Assembly (NCBI GenBank): GCA_019828565.1 | Contig: JAHDYR010000020.1 | Location: forward strand, 62,001-126,000 | DNA from: Carpediemonas membranifera BICM | Lineage: Eukaryota > Protista > Fornicata | Direction of reading: 5' to 3' | Length of the DNA stretch: 64,000 bases | In this document: positions 45,551 through 56,547 of the stretch, in pieces | How positions within the stretch are numbered: the stretch's first letter is position 1 | Layout of the letters: every line of letters begins with the position of its first letter | Position numbers and translations under genes: made by a program | Notes under the pieces: generated by a model | Seen by the model: only the letters and a program-made list of their open reading frames with translations | Databases searched by the model: none | Told to the model about the DNA's origin: nothing

Positions 45551-48037
45551 TTACAGTCCGAGCCTCCGCATCCTGCCCTGCTTCCCGATGGCCCGCTCGA
45601 GCTCCACGGCCGGGACGAACGACCGGCCCCCGTACTCCACCCGCGTCGACCACGGCCGCAGTTTAGCCAGGAACTTCCCGACCTGCTGCCGCACGCGCTG
45701 GATGACGTCAGGGGAGATGGCGCCCGTGTAGATCTCGAGGGCGACCTCTGCCTCGATAGCAGCCAGCATCGTCAGCGAGTGGGCCAGCAGACTCGACAGC
45801 TTGAACAGGTCCTGCGGGGCAGGGATCTCCTCGGCCTTGTTGGCCTCGACGTCATTGAACCCGCCCACTGGCACGGTGTGGGCGCCGACCTCGGCGAACT
45901 CCACACGGATCTCGACGCGGAGGAGCCCGCGGACGGCAGCCTTGGCAAGCATCATCAGGTTGATGCAGACGTCGAACTGTATGTTCAGATTCTCCGGCTC
46001 GAGGTGCAGGGCGTCCAGCAGCGCCGCATGGCACCCCGAGTGGTCCCCGCTGTCGTAGCACGCCGTCGCGATCCAATGCAGCAGAGTCCCGCGGCTGACC
46101 CGGCACCCGGATAGGGCTAGGGCCTGGCGGTAGAGGGCGAGGGCCCGGGGCGCCTGGTGCGGCAGGCAGAGCCGCGTGTGCGCCTCGTTGAGGAGGGCGT
46201 CGACAAAGGTGCTGCCCGATGCCTCGAACAGGTCTCCGAAGAGTGTCGCGACGCGGGGCTGCGGGGCGAAGTTACCCGCCCGCATCATGTCGATGATGAG
46301 GCCGTTGGCCGCAGCGATGTGGCCCTTGTCGAGCTGCTCCAGCACATGCCGGAACTGGGTCGTCGCCTGGTCTGCGGTGGCGAGAGCCTTGGCCCTGGCC
46401 GCGCGGAACTGCTGTGCGGCGATGTCTAGGGTCGCCTGGTCCGCCGTCGTCTGCCTCTGAACGCGGTGGTGGCGGGCACTGGCCTCGAGGGCCTCGGGGA
46501 ACTCCTGGTACGACATCCGCATGTACATGATGCACCCCTTCAGCACCATGGCGTGCGACCGGTGCTCGGCGTCCGTCTCGGCCAGCAGGTCGTCTGCGAC
46601 GGTCTCTGCCTCCTCCCACAGGCCGTTCCGCCCGGCGATCTCGGCCTTGCAGTACATCGGCAGGAACGCCTTCCGCCCGGCCCGTCTGGCGCACTCCGCG
46701 GCGTGCCCCAGGATGTCCATGGCCTTCCGGGGCTGGCCCGTCTCCAGCGTGATGAACGCGACACGGACCAGCGCCTCGAACAGCGCGGGCACTGCCCTGA
46801 ACAGCGCGCCGTACAGCCCCAGCGCCTCCTTCAGCCGCCGGTCGGCCTCGAGGCTGAGCCCGATGGCGTAGTACGTCGGGACGGTGCTCAGGTGGGCGTC
46901 CAGCCGAATCTCGGCCAGGTCGGCCATGGCGATGGGCTGGCCGAGGCACACACTCAGGGACCGCAGCAGCAGGGCCCGGGCTCTGTCTGTGGCCGCCCTC
47001 TTGTTTTGGCCCTGTGCGAAGTGGAGCTCGAGGCAGCCGATGTTGTGGTACGTCGCCGCGTCAAACTCGGCGGACGTGTACCCCGCCTTAACTGTGAGGT
47101 CGTTAGTCTGCAGTGCGAGTCGATACGACTCAAGCGCACCCTTGGGGTCTGACTCCACCAGCAGAGTCGCCTGGACGAGATGAAGCAGGGTCGACCGGGG
47201 CTGGACGTGTGTGGCGGTGTCCAGCGCCTCCTTCGCCCTTGCCCGTACAGTGGGGTCCGTCCGCCCGAGGAGGCCGAGGATGACGGCCTCGACAACGCCG
47301 CGCTCCTGGGTCCGCTCCTTGGGCAGCGCGTCCAACGCCTGGCGGTACTGGCCGACGATCACGTAGCACTGGGCCATCCGCACGGCGACAGTGGCGGCGC
47401 GCGGGTCGGTGGGGGAGGGAAGCTTCTTGGCGACGAGGGTGTAGCTCGTCAGCGCCTGCTGGGGGCGGCCGGCGATGTGGTGGGCCAGGCCGGTGACGTA
47501 GTGAATGTATGCGTCGGCGTCCTGGTTGGTGGTCGTGCCGAGGGCGTTCTTGAGCATGGCGAGGAGGGACGAGGCGACGTTCTGGTCAAACGAGTTCGAC
47601 AGGATGCCCCATCGGGTGAGCATAGACGTCTCCAGGAGCTTGCCGATGTTGGAGATGTCGCTGCCGACGCCTGCAATGGCTGCACCGACGAGGCTGATGG
47701 CCTTTGAGATCGAGTGGGGCTCATACCACGGCGTCGCGATGATGCAGAGCGCCTTCAACATTAGCGCATACGGATCATCCTTTTGAACCTCGAGAGCTCT
47801 ATCAGCAAAGTGGACCGCGTCCTTGGGCTGCAGCTGAAGCATGCAGAGGCCCATCGCTGTACGAACCGCGTTGGGGCAGCTACGAGGCCAGTTAGAAAGG
47901 ATCTGGCTGAGATAGCTCAGTGAAATGCTGTATTGCCTGTTGCTGTATGCAGCCCAGGCCTGTTGAAGTAGTGTCTGCATATCGCAATTTGTCCTGAGGA
48001 TTTCCCCTTTACGTGTAACATAATGTCTATGTGACAT
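45551..48037 (-). CDS. CTR9: TPR protein, Ctr9 (PAF1 complex)-like
   Basis: CP..VR..MGLC, YHNIGCL, HIAAANGL, LNEAH...A..LY, P.N....F..; ATG at 48037. Confidence 0.75.
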   Translation of the reverse strand: MSHRHYVTRKGEILRTNCDMQTLLQQAWAAYSNRQYSISLSYLSQILSNWPRSCPNAVRTAMGLCMLQLQPKDAVHFADRALEVQKDDPYALMLKALCIIATPWYEPHSISKAISLVGAAIAGVGSDISNIGKLLETSMLTRWGILSNSFDQNVASSLLAMLKNALGTTTNQDADAYIHYVTGLAHHIAGRPQQALTSYTLVAKKLPSPTDPRAATVAVRMAQCYVIVGQYRQALDALPKERTQERGVVEAVILGLLGRTDPTVRARAKEALDTATHVQPRSTLLHLVQATLLVESDPKGALESYRLALQTNDLTVKAGYTSAEFDAATYHNIGCLELHFAQGQNKRAATDRARALLLRSLSVCLGQPIAMADLAEIRLDAHLSTVPTYYAIGLSLEADRRLKEALGLYGALFRAVPALFEALVRVAFITLETGQPRKAMDILGHAAECARRAGRKAFLPMYCKAEIAGRNGLWEEAETVADDLLAETDAEHRSHAMVLKGCIMYMRMSYQEFPEALEASARHHRVQRQTTADQATLDIAAQQFRAARAKALATADQATTQFRHVLEQLDKGHIAAANGLIIDMMRAGNFAPQPRVATLFGDLFEASGSTFVDALLNEAHTRLCLPHQAPRALALYRQALALSGCRVSRGTLLHWIATACYDSGDHSGCHAALLDALHLEPENLNIQFDVCINLMMLAKAAVRGLLRVEIRVEFAEVGAHTVPVGGFNDVEANKAEEIPAPQDLFKLSSLLAHSLTMLAAIEAEVALEIYTGAISPDVIQRVRQQVGKFLAKLRPWSTRVEYGGRSFVPAVELERAIGKQGRMRRLGL

Positions 48038-48080
48038 CCCACAGTCTACCAGATACACTGAATCCACATAAATTCGCCAA

Positions 48081-49142
48081 TTACCACCGTTCCTGCCTAT
48101 CCCGAGGCTCCCGCCGGTCATCCCGCCTGTTGCCGCGGTGATCATCCCAGTGGCTTGGGCGGTCGTCACGCCTATCATCGCGCCACCTGTCCCCGCGGTC
48201 AAACCGGTCGTACGAACCGCGGGAGCCCCAACAGCCCTCTCGATCATCGCGCATAAAGTCGGGACGGTCATGACGAGAATCGTCCCATCTGTCCTCTCTT
48301 CTGTCGCCCCACCGATCTTCTCTTCGGTCGTCTCTTCTGTCATCCCGCCTGTATCCACGGTTATCATCCCGTCGGTCATCGCGTCGGTCGCCCCGTCTCT
48401 CATCTCTTCTGTCATCCCGCCTATGCTCATGTCTGTCGTCCATACTTTCCCTCCGCTCCCACCTGTCGTCTCTGCGGCCGAAGTCCCGCCGGTCCCCCCT
48501 GCCGTCCCGGCCCTCTGCCCGCCTCCGCTGGGGCTGGGACCGAATGACGGGCTCGGGAAGCCCGTGCTCCTTTCTGTAGGCCGCCCAGAACTCCCGGTTG
48601 AAACGGTAGAGGGACTCGGCCAGCTCGGGCGACGGCTGCCGTACATGGAGATAGTTGCACTCTGCGCCTCTGCTACACCCGCCCTCCTCGAACTGCTGGC
48701 ACCGGGCGGCCCTGAAGTTCGTGACGGGACTGTACTGCGCCACGATAGCCTTGCCCTCGTAGAAACGACGATTCAGATCCTGGTGCGCTTTCTCGGCGTC
48801 ATTCTCGTCGATGAACTTGACAAATACACCGCCCAGGAGGTGCTCGCAAAGGTTTGCGGCGATGTGAAGCTCGTCGATCTGTCCATACTTCGTCAGCTCG
48901 AGAAACAGGTCCTCGTAGTACTTGTCGATGTGCTCTTTCAGGTAAACATCCGGGAGAAGGTTCTCACTCGCGTGCTCGGGCGTCGGATACAGCCCGATCA
49001 TGCTGATCGTCTGCGACAGCACGGGGCGGATGTGTCTCTTGCTGCATTTGTCTCCATGGCGACATGCGCCAGTTTTCTGAAAGAATGAACAGTGGCTCCG
49101 ATCATACTCGGTTCCGTGGAGCCTGGAAAGACGCGACGCCAT
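48081..49142 (-). CDS. U2AF1: Splicing factor U2AF small subunit with RD-rich tail
   Basis: GTE.DR..CSFF.K.GACRHGDKCS..H, HL.G.V.VKF, SPVT.FR.A.C.Q......CSRG..CNYLH. Confidence 0.95.
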   Translation of the reverse strand: MASRLSRLHGTEYDRSHCSFFQKTGACRHGDKCSKRHIRPVLSQTISMIGLYPTPEHASENLLPDVYLKEHIDKYYEDLFLELTKYGQIDELHIAANLCEHLLGGVFVKFIDENDAEKAHQDLNRRFYEGKAIVAQYSPVTNFRAARCQQFEEGGCSRGAECNYLHVRQPSPELAESLYRFNREFWAAYRKEHGLPEPVIRSQPQRRRAEGRDGRGDRRDFGRRDDRWERRESMDDRHEHRRDDRRDERRGDRRDDRRDDNRGYRRDDRRDDRREDRWGDRREDRWDDSRHDRPDFMRDDREGCWGSRGSYDRFDRGDRWRDDRRDDRPSHWDDHRGNRRDDRREPRDRQERW

Positions 49143-49550
49143 TTGGCGAGGTGTTAAAGTGCACCGAGCAGGACAGGTCCATTAGCCGCCGTACGGACGT
49201 GGAAAGGACTGGAGCTCCTCCTCAGTCCCAGGCTCGTCACTTGCGGGACGAGTCTCAATACTGTGGTTGGCCCGCTACACATCGACAGACGGAGGGTCGA
49301 CCAGACTCGACAAATTGACCATCGTGACCAGCCGTCGTAAGCTCCTTGACCGCAAGCACGTCAAGGGTTCAAGCCTGTCAAAGTCCAGTTGGGCAGCAGC
49401 TTCTGCTCGAGTCCTGGGGTTTCTCGTTAATGGTCCACCAATAGCAAGAAGGCCTGGAGATCTTGGCAAGTGCAGACGAGGTCGCTGAATGTTTATACTC
49501 CGCGTGTATCGCACTATGGCGCTATATCTGTGTCTATTTCTATCTAAACC

Positions 49551-50654
49551 CTATCCCAGGAACTCAACATCTGACCTATCGAAATCTCCAATCTCATCAA
49601 AATCTAAAAGATCGAAATCGCATCCAATATACTCTGTCAGACACCCGATACGGGCTGCAATCTCCACGCATTCCGGCCGTGCCTCGCTGAAGAAGCTCTC
49701 CACGGCATGGCTGACGTTACAATCAAGCGTCTCGTCCACGAACGAGCAGTTCACCCCAATGGCGGGCGAGGGAATATGCCGTGAGCACCGAGGCGGGACT
49801 GGCGGGTACCTGGTCGGGGTGTGTGGTCGATCAGGGCTCCTCTCCCGGGGCTCCTCCGGGTCCGTGCCGACCGAGACCACGGCTGGGCGAGTCGTCTGCG
49901 AGTCTGCATCGACTACGGCTGGTTCAGCAGTTATCCCGCACTCTACTGCCTCCACATGCTCGGTCTGGGTCTCCTGCTCAATCATGTCGGGCACGGGCTT
50001 AGCAACCGGGAGCGACCCGTCGCTACTTTCGTCGGAGTCGTCTAGCGTGGTGATCTCCGGCATCTCTGTCTCTCTCGGGGGGAGGTTTGGCAGACTCCGG
50101 ATGTCCGGCAGCGCGGGGAGCTTGGTGAACAGCTTGAACGAGCCTGCTCTAGTCCTACCAATGGGCGATGCGAACGCACTATCACTCCATGTGGATGGGC
50201 TCTCTGCCGGAGTCAGTGGGTTGGGCATGTCGTCGTCTTCGAGGGTCCTTTCGAGAATATCTCGGGGTGACCCTGCGGACGACAGCTCCTGCTCGATTTC
50301 TAGCGAACGAAGGCTGCTGTTCATCATTGCTACAACGTTGCGGGCGGTAGTTGTGGTGTTCGCGACGCTTGTGGAGTTGAGGGCCCCAATGATTTGTGAT
50401 CTTCTCGCAGTCTTTCTCGTCGAATGCGCGCTTTGGGATGATCGAAGTGTCGAAGGCGAACCTTGCGGTGAAACATGATGAACTCTATGAGAAATAGACG
50501 ACACTGGACGCTTGTTATCAGCCACATCTCCTTTTCCGCGCCGCAAAAGCGTGGTGCTCTTTGGACGACTTTGGCGCGATGGTTCATTCGAAACAGAGGC
50601 GCTATTATTCATCTCTGGGGGAAAGGAAAGCGTCACAGTTGACATAAACGACAT
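49551..50654 (-). CDS. Hypothetical disordered Ser/Thr/Pro-rich protein
   Basis: 367-aa ATG-initiated ORF. Confidence 0.6.
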   Translation of the reverse strand: MSFMSTVTLSFPPEMNNSASVSNEPSRQSRPKSTTLLRRGKGDVADNKRPVSSISHRVHHVSPQGSPSTLRSSQSAHSTRKTARRSQIIGALNSTSVANTTTTARNVVAMMNSSLRSLEIEQELSSAGSPRDILERTLEDDDMPNPLTPAESPSTWSDSAFASPIGRTRAGSFKLFTKLPALPDIRSLPNLPPRETEMPEITTLDDSDESSDGSLPVAKPVPDMIEQETQTEHVEAVECGITAEPAVVDADSQTTRPAVVSVGTDPEEPRERSPDRPHTPTRYPPVPPRCSRHIPSPAIGVNCSFVDETLDCNVSHAVESFFSEARPECVEIAARIGCLTEYIGCDFDLLDFDEIGDFDRSDVEFLG

Positions 50655-51109
50655 TTCGACGATTTCCTCGAGGTGTGTGAAGGATTACGCTAGAAGATTT
50701 CGCGTCAAAGATTTTCTCCAGCGAGCGGTTATGACAAGTTGAGACACCGAATTTGCTCTTCAACAGGGCATAGCATGTCATGCAAACATGTGGAATCTTG
50801 CTTTTGTCCTGTCTTAGAGAGTTGTGGCTGCAAGATCAAAAGAAATTCTGATTGAATCAATCAGGACAAAGTTTGATTCAACACGATCGGTTCCATCAAG
50901 TGTCCCACAGTGCCATGGGCTGACTCCACAGCAACCAGAGCCCATCCGTGCAGTGGATGGAGTCCCCGGTCGACCCCTCCCGGGCGCCCATTCAGAGACT
51001 GGCTGATCGCAATCGAATGAGCAAAATAGTCGGGAGAGACTTTACTGATTTAATCAAATCTAGACCACAGCCATGCAGGCTGTGACATCGGCCAAGCTCT
51101 ACACCCGAC

Positions 51110-51997
51110 TCACACCACCGGGATGGACGACGACGGCGGCGACAGGTTCATGTACGGGCTGCATGCCAGGGCAGACCCGCCGAAGGACTCGAGCTGGTCT
51201 AGGATGTCCCGGTGCCGGGGCGCCTTCGACCCGATGTTCAGCAGGTGCGACCGGCACATGGACTCGAGCGCGATGGCGGGGTTGTCCGCGGACTCAAGGT
51301 CAGCCCCCGAGCAGGCCACGAGCTGCCGTGCGTCCAGCCAGAGCAGTCGGGACGCCTTGGCCGACTCGACCTTGGAGGGCGACACGACCCTGTAGCCCTG
51401 GCCAGTGACGTCTGACACGATGGGGTCCACGGTGTGCGGGGCGAATGACACTGGGTGCCGCAGCCGCACGCCGAGGATGGTCGCCAGGGTCTGCAGTAGG
51501 ATGCACAGGAGGGCAGTGGAGTGGGCTGGCCTGGCCGGGGAGTACTCCTCGTTGTTGATGAAGACCTTGGGCGGCCGCTGTTCCATGATCTTGACCGACA
51601 GCATCGTCGTCAGCAGTGCATTCGTCGCCTGGCACTGCTCAGTGCACACCGTGCGGAAGAGGTCCTGAAGCTCGCCGCGGCTGGAACGGGACGCGGACGG
51701 CGTCTGTACGGGGGAACACTCGAGCAGGGTAAGGCGCCGGCCGACTAAGCTGGATGCTGCGTCGATCTCTTCGCACAGGTCATCAATGGAGAAACGCATC
51801 TCATCAGTCTTTCTCCTTGCATACTCGATTCGCTCCCTTAACTTTGTTTCCCGGGCTAAACTAGCTCGACCATGCTTGATCTCTCGAAGCCGGGAACCCA
51901 ACGAAGTCATTGCCTTGTCATTGGAGTCTAATGTATGTTTGTGCTGTGTTCGAAGAGTCTTCAGGATACTCTGGCGCAAACAGATGACCTGGCTCAT
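51110..51997 (-). CDS. Atg14/UVRAG (Vps38)-like coiled-coil protein
   Basis: Coiled coil followed by STAL...L..LA.ILGV.LRHPV.F and ..LL..D..QL...G, a BARA2-like pattern. Confidence 0.55.
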   Translation of the reverse strand: MSQVICLRQSILKTLRTQHKHTLDSNDKAMTSLGSRLREIKHGRASLARETKLRERIEYARRKTDEMRFSIDDLCEEIDAASSLVGRRLTLLECSPVQTPSASRSSRGELQDLFRTVCTEQCQATNALLTTMLSVKIMEQRPPKVFINNEEYSPARPAHSTALLCILLQTLATILGVRLRHPVSFAPHTVDPIVSDVTGQGYRVVSPSKVESAKASRLLWLDARQLVACSGADLESADNPAIALESMCRSHLLNIGSKAPRHRDILDQLESFGGSALACSPYMNLSPPSSSIPVV

Positions 51998-52615
51998 GAG
52001 GAAAGCCAAGGGTTATCCTGCGAAATCGATCGATTGCCTGACATCGGCTTGGCCAGGTGTGGCAGCGAAATATGTCCCTGAGAAGTGGTTGTTCTGTCGC
52101 GCAGACCTCGGTCTTTAACCTTGGTGTGAGACCACCTTCATCCTCCTCGCGATGCCCTCCAGCACCAGCTAGGTAAACATCGCTCACGGCTCTGGAATTT
52201 TGTGGGCTTTCCAAGGTGTCCGGACATCTGCCTGGGACCTGACAAGAATCTTACCCAGGATGCTGTCGTAAATGATCATAAATCATGAAGACCCAGTCCT
52301 CTATTAAACTCGGCAGTGGCGTCCGCAGCAAGAGACTTTACCCAAAGATCCCATAGCAAACTTATACACCTAGTCTACAGAGAGCAGCACTAACACAGGA
52401 CACGGTTGATGGCGGTCAGACTGACTGGGGCGTGATGCAAATCTACTGTTACCCGCGCCACGAACTTCCGGGTTTCCGTCCATCTGGGTCACGCCGTCAG
52501 TATCCCGTGGTTTGGCGATCATCCCATGCCTCAGGGTTGACCATGCCGCAGTTCGATCGGGCACAAGCCGCGGGATTAAACAATAGAGTCCGGAGCTATT
52601 AATTTAGTACATGTC

Positions 52616-53512
52616 TTACCAGGCCAGTACGCTGCCGAACAATAAATGCTGAACGACCACAAACTTATCGAGTACCTCGCCGCGCCACATCTTCATCATT
52701 CCTTCGCAGATCTTTTTCCAGGTCTTGACGGCGCTGACGTCATACAGTATCGGGGCACACTCTGCGAGGTATGCGGACTTTGACTCCGTGATATACTTGA
52801 CAGCATCAAAATACATGTAATCCTCCGCGTTGGCGAGGATGCTGGACCGCTCACGGATGTCCTCTGGTACAACCAGCGGGTTGTCTATCAGCTGGCTAGC
52901 ACCAATGATGAACGGGGCGTGCTGGAAGTCGTCTAGGCCCCAGACGCCGTGTGACCCGGCGGGCTCCATCGTGTACTGTGTCTGCAGACGCCGTACGAGT
53001 GTGAGGTAGGCGTTGAACACCGTGATGGCGATCACATCGCCCTGCACTGGGGTGAGGAAGCCGATTTCCATGAGGATGAAGAGCCACGTGATGAATGAAA
53101 GCTCATGGCCGGTGCCATAGTCGATACGCGATGGCTGGCCCATGCTCTGCATGAAGTACGGGACGAGCTCGATAATGGCGCCGTGCTTGTGCTCTGGGAG
53201 CATCTGTTTGTGCACATCAACGATGACGGTCTCCAGGTACTCGTAAAACTCAACAAACGCCCCGTTACCGAAGCGGAGACGTTTCTCGTGCGGGGGGAAG
53301 TCGTCTATAATGTGATAGACGTCGTCTATCATGTCTAAAAGCTTCTGCGTGTTCTCATTTGGCTTTCCCACGCTGCTGTTCGGCATTCCCTGCACAGATT
53401 GCATTAGAAGCTCCATGAAGCCACAGAGCTTCTTGTATCCTGTAGAGCGCTTGAAATGGCTCATATCATTGGCGCTATGTATCTTCTTTTCAGGCTCTGA
53501 GTAATTGGACAT
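52616..53512 (-). CDS. PTPA: PP2A activator PTPA (Rrd1/2)
   Basis: RFGN.AF, RIDYGTGHELSF, EPAGSHGVWGLDDFQH.PFI.G, EVL.KF.VVQH..FG. Confidence 0.95.
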   Translation of the reverse strand: MSNYSEPEKKIHSANDMSHFKRSTGYKKLCGFMELLMQSVQGMPNSSVGKPNENTQKLLDMIDDVYHIIDDFPPHEKRLRFGNGAFVEFYEYLETVIVDVHKQMLPEHKHGAIIELVPYFMQSMGQPSRIDYGTGHELSFITWLFILMEIGFLTPVQGDVIAITVFNAYLTLVRRLQTQYTMEPAGSHGVWGLDDFQHAPFIIGASQLIDNPLVVPEDIRERSSILANAEDYMYFDAVKYITESKSAYLAECAPILYDVSAVKTWKKICEGMMKMWRGEVLDKFVVVQHLLFGSVLAW

Positions 53513-53897
53513 GGTTCGGATCCATTTACGAGTTAAAGTGAATGAATGTATATCATTTGGAGGAGCCTTGAGGCTCGGAGTGGATGGGATAACGTTCCAT
53601 CTTGGGTGGCCAGGCTACCACGGAAAAGATTAGTCAAGACTTGACTCACCAAGGAACGTGGTTCCGGCAAATCTTCAACACCGCCCATATCGACTCTTGT
53701 GGGAGACCATTCGGCGACAATATTCCGGCAACGAAGAACAAGCATGTTAGCATGAAGATGTTGACTAAGTGGCGAACTGACTCGAATGCCAGGAGGACTG
53801 TAATATCTACTCAAGTCAAAACAGCGTTTCTTGGCCGGATGAGTGAGGATACTACAGTATCGGTACCACAACACACCTGTAAGGTCATTTAGAGCGT

Positions 53898-54487
53898 TTA
53901 GAGCACAAGGCCGTCAAACTTGGTCTTGAAGTACTCCATAGCCTCCTCGCGGCCGACACGGTGAGAGCAGCCGATCTTGGCGTTGGCACGCTTGCGCTGG
54001 CAGACACGGTTGCCGGGGCGGGTGAGCTGGACGTAGAAGTCAGCACCGAAGATACCGGTAGCGGGGTCGTACTTGATGCCCATATCGATGTGCTCAGTGA
54101 TGCCGAAGCCGAAGCAGCCGTTGTTGTTGAAGTTCTTAGCGGAGAGCTCGAAATCCTTGCAACGGAGGCCACGCTCGATGATCTCAGCGGCCTTCTCGCC
54201 ACGGACAGTGACGTGAGTAGAGATCTTCTCGTTACGGCGGATGGAGAAGCCACGGATGGTCAGACGGGAGCGGGAGAAAACGGGCTTCTGGCCAGTGAGC
54301 TGCTCAAGAACCTTAGCAGCGCGGGTAAGGCGATCACCACTGCGTAAACTCTCTTAAAGGGCGCTTGAATCAGCAAATCCTAAACCACGTCGGGGTACAA
54401 CGTGCTGATCGAATCCAAGCGCCATGAAACGTACCTCTCACCAACACAGATGTTGAGAACAAGCTTTTCGATGCGGATGTCGTTCAT
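53898..54487 (-). CDS. RPL11: 60S ribosomal protein uL5 (L11); intron 54340-54434
   Basis: [13 protein letters not shown]|[14 protein letters not shown]...GIKYDP..GIFG.DFYV. Confidence 0.95.
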
Positions 54488-55057
54488 CTCGGGGTGTATG
54501 GCACAGCTGAAGCTCCTCGAGCAGTTTAAGTGGGAGGAGAAACCCATACACGTGAAAAATGGCTTAAACACGTCGAGACAAATTCTAGCCCCTGACACAG
54601 ATAAGACCTACCATGGCCACTTCTGTCAGCGATGGTAATCCGAGAAAATTCGTCAAGCTTATCAGCCATTATTTGGTGCAGTTTAGGAGTGAATGATTTG
54701 AAGATGTCTGGATGTAATAGCGGACAAGTTAGAGTGTAATATTCAATGGCTTACTGGATGTAGGATGGGGAGAACTATTTCGTGTTCGTTGTGCAACATT
54801 ACCAACCAATCCAGTCAACCCAACCCAGTGCATTCTTTCTAATCAGCAACATCAGCAAACTGTCTTAAGGGCCTATTAGCTTCGCCGTATCTCAGTATGG
54901 TCCACCATGGATCGACTTGCACGGGCACGCACAACACATAGGCTCCACATGGAAGAGAGAGAGTGCTGTCAACACGCTTTGACTTTTACCACACGATGGA
55001 TCAGGTTATCCGTGCCACATACGGCTCAGCTATGAGTCCCTGCCAGGCCTGGTACAG

Positions 55058-55555
55058 CTTACTGGAGGCCGTACTTCTTCGTCTTGGTGTAGTCTCTGCC
55101 CTGGGAGGCCTTGAGGAGCTTGAGGTTCTCTCTGTTGCGGGTACACTTAGCGATTGCCGCGCGCTCAACAATATTGTTCATGTTGGACTCGAACTTGCCC
55201 TTCATGGACTTGTTCTTGATGGCGGTATTGATACGCTTCATCTTCGCCTTTCCCGTGGTGGATTTGTTGAACTTCTTGCCATTTGCCTTGCTCGGGGCGA
55301 CTTTCTTCGCCTTCTTCACAGCTCCCTGTGCCATGCGCAACTCGTGGCAATCGTCAGACTTTTTTTACTCAACCCAAAACTGCCACTGCCGGAAAGGGGC
55401 GCGTGAGGGATGTCTCCCGCTGCGAGTGGGTGTCTCGCTGGTACAGTGGCCTCAGAAGTCCCGATGGATATTTGCCATGGCCACCACTAGCGCAGGCCGA
55501 CCCACATGGTGGGCGAGCACAAGAGTACGTAAACCGTTTACTTAGGCGACGATCT
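55058..55555. repeat. ~500-bp duplication, source copy (derived copy at 61591-62088)
   Basis: Near-identical; two substitutions near the right end. Confidence 0.95.
55059..55334 (-). CDS. Small basic UPF0390/DUF2462-like protein, copy 1
   Basis: MAQG start, Lys-rich, ..E.....A......LKLLKA. Confidence 0.7.
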   Translation of the reverse strand: MAQGAVKKAKKVAPSKANGKKFNKSTTGKAKMKRINTAIKNKSMKGKFESNMNNIVERAAIAKCTRNRENLKLLKASQGRDYTKTKKYGLQ

Positions 55556-55997
55556 GGTTGGCAGTGGCAGCCTCGTACTTGAAAGAGGGAGCAACCTTCT
55601 TGGTAGCACGGTAGTAGCGGGAAAGGCGGTGGATGCGGCTCTCGATAAGGATGAGTCTATACTTGCTGTCCTTATCACGGGGGTTACGCTCGATGTGCTT
55701 ACGGATAGAAACAGCGCGCTTGATCATCATGTAAAGGTCCTCGGGGATCTCGGGGGCAAGGCCCTGAGAGCGAAGCATACGGACGATCTTGTTGCCAGTG
55801 ACGGCGTGGATCTGGCCAACACCGTGCTGATCACGGAGAATGGTGCCAATGCGGGAAGGGTTCACGCCCTTGCGAGCCATACCAGCAATGATGGTGTTCA
55901 GCTCCTCGGTGGTCATCTTAGCCCACTCAGGAGCGGAGCGGTTGTAGGGAATGGCGGACTGCGCCACGCCCTTGCCGTTAGAATGCATTCTGCCCAT
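55542..55997 (-). CDS. RPS13: 40S ribosomal protein uS15 (S13)
   Basis: MGRMHS.GKG...SA.PY; PEDLY..IK.AV.IRKH; [21 protein letters not shown]. Confidence 0.97.
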   Translation of the reverse strand: MGRMHSNGKGVAQSAIPYNRSAPEWAKMTTEELNTIIAGMARKGVNPSRIGTILRDQHGVGQIHAVTGNKIVRMLRSQGLAPEIPEDLYMMIKRAVSIRKHIERNPRDKDSKYRLILIESRIHRLSRYYRATKKVAPSFKYEAATANQIVA

Positions 55998-56339
55998 CTT
56001 CTCGAACGCTCAAAGCAAAAGGACCAACTTTTTTCGCGTAAAAAAAAATGTGGCGAAAAAAGGAAGGGAGGTATGCTGTTCCACAGCAACTCATGCCGTC
56101 AGCTAGGTCTCGGCATTCCGTGTCTCCGGGTACAACATCTAGGCAAGAAAAGGGAGCATAGAAAAATCACCGGCCTGTCAGCCAGGGAATCCAAGGCAAT
56201 CCACAGCTTGACAAAAATACGCCACCAACACAACTTCTACGGAAGTACTGTTCCCCTTCGGCTAAGTTTCCTCAACTCAGCGCTTCACCACCCCGACAGT
56301 AATAAAAGTGAACAACAATGGCATGCAAGCAGAGCTCAT

Positions 56340-56547
56340 TTAAAGGGAGATAGCCTCCTCTAGAGGTAAGGGGTGGAAAGGGGTACATACCGGGGCAAGC
56401 CTCGATGCAGGCCTCGCACTCGACGCAAGCGTCGGCGTTGATGACGACAGCCTTATCGTCCTGCATCTCGAAAACCTCCTCGGGGCAGGTATCGACGCAA
56501 GCGCCGCAACCAACACACTTCTCAACATCAATAGTAGGGCCAGCCAT
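56340..56547 (-). CDS. 2[4Fe-4S] ferredoxin, 58 aa; intron 56360-56390
   Basis: Two CxxCxxCxxxCP motifs; splicing gives ...EACPEEAISL*. Confidence 0.92.

Noticed and set aside
48038-48646. N-terminal 200 aa of the 1031-aa ORF as a real overlap or fusion with U2AF1
   Set aside because: It is an alternative frame of the low-complexity RD tail of U2AF1; Ctr9 similarity starts after the ATG at 48037.
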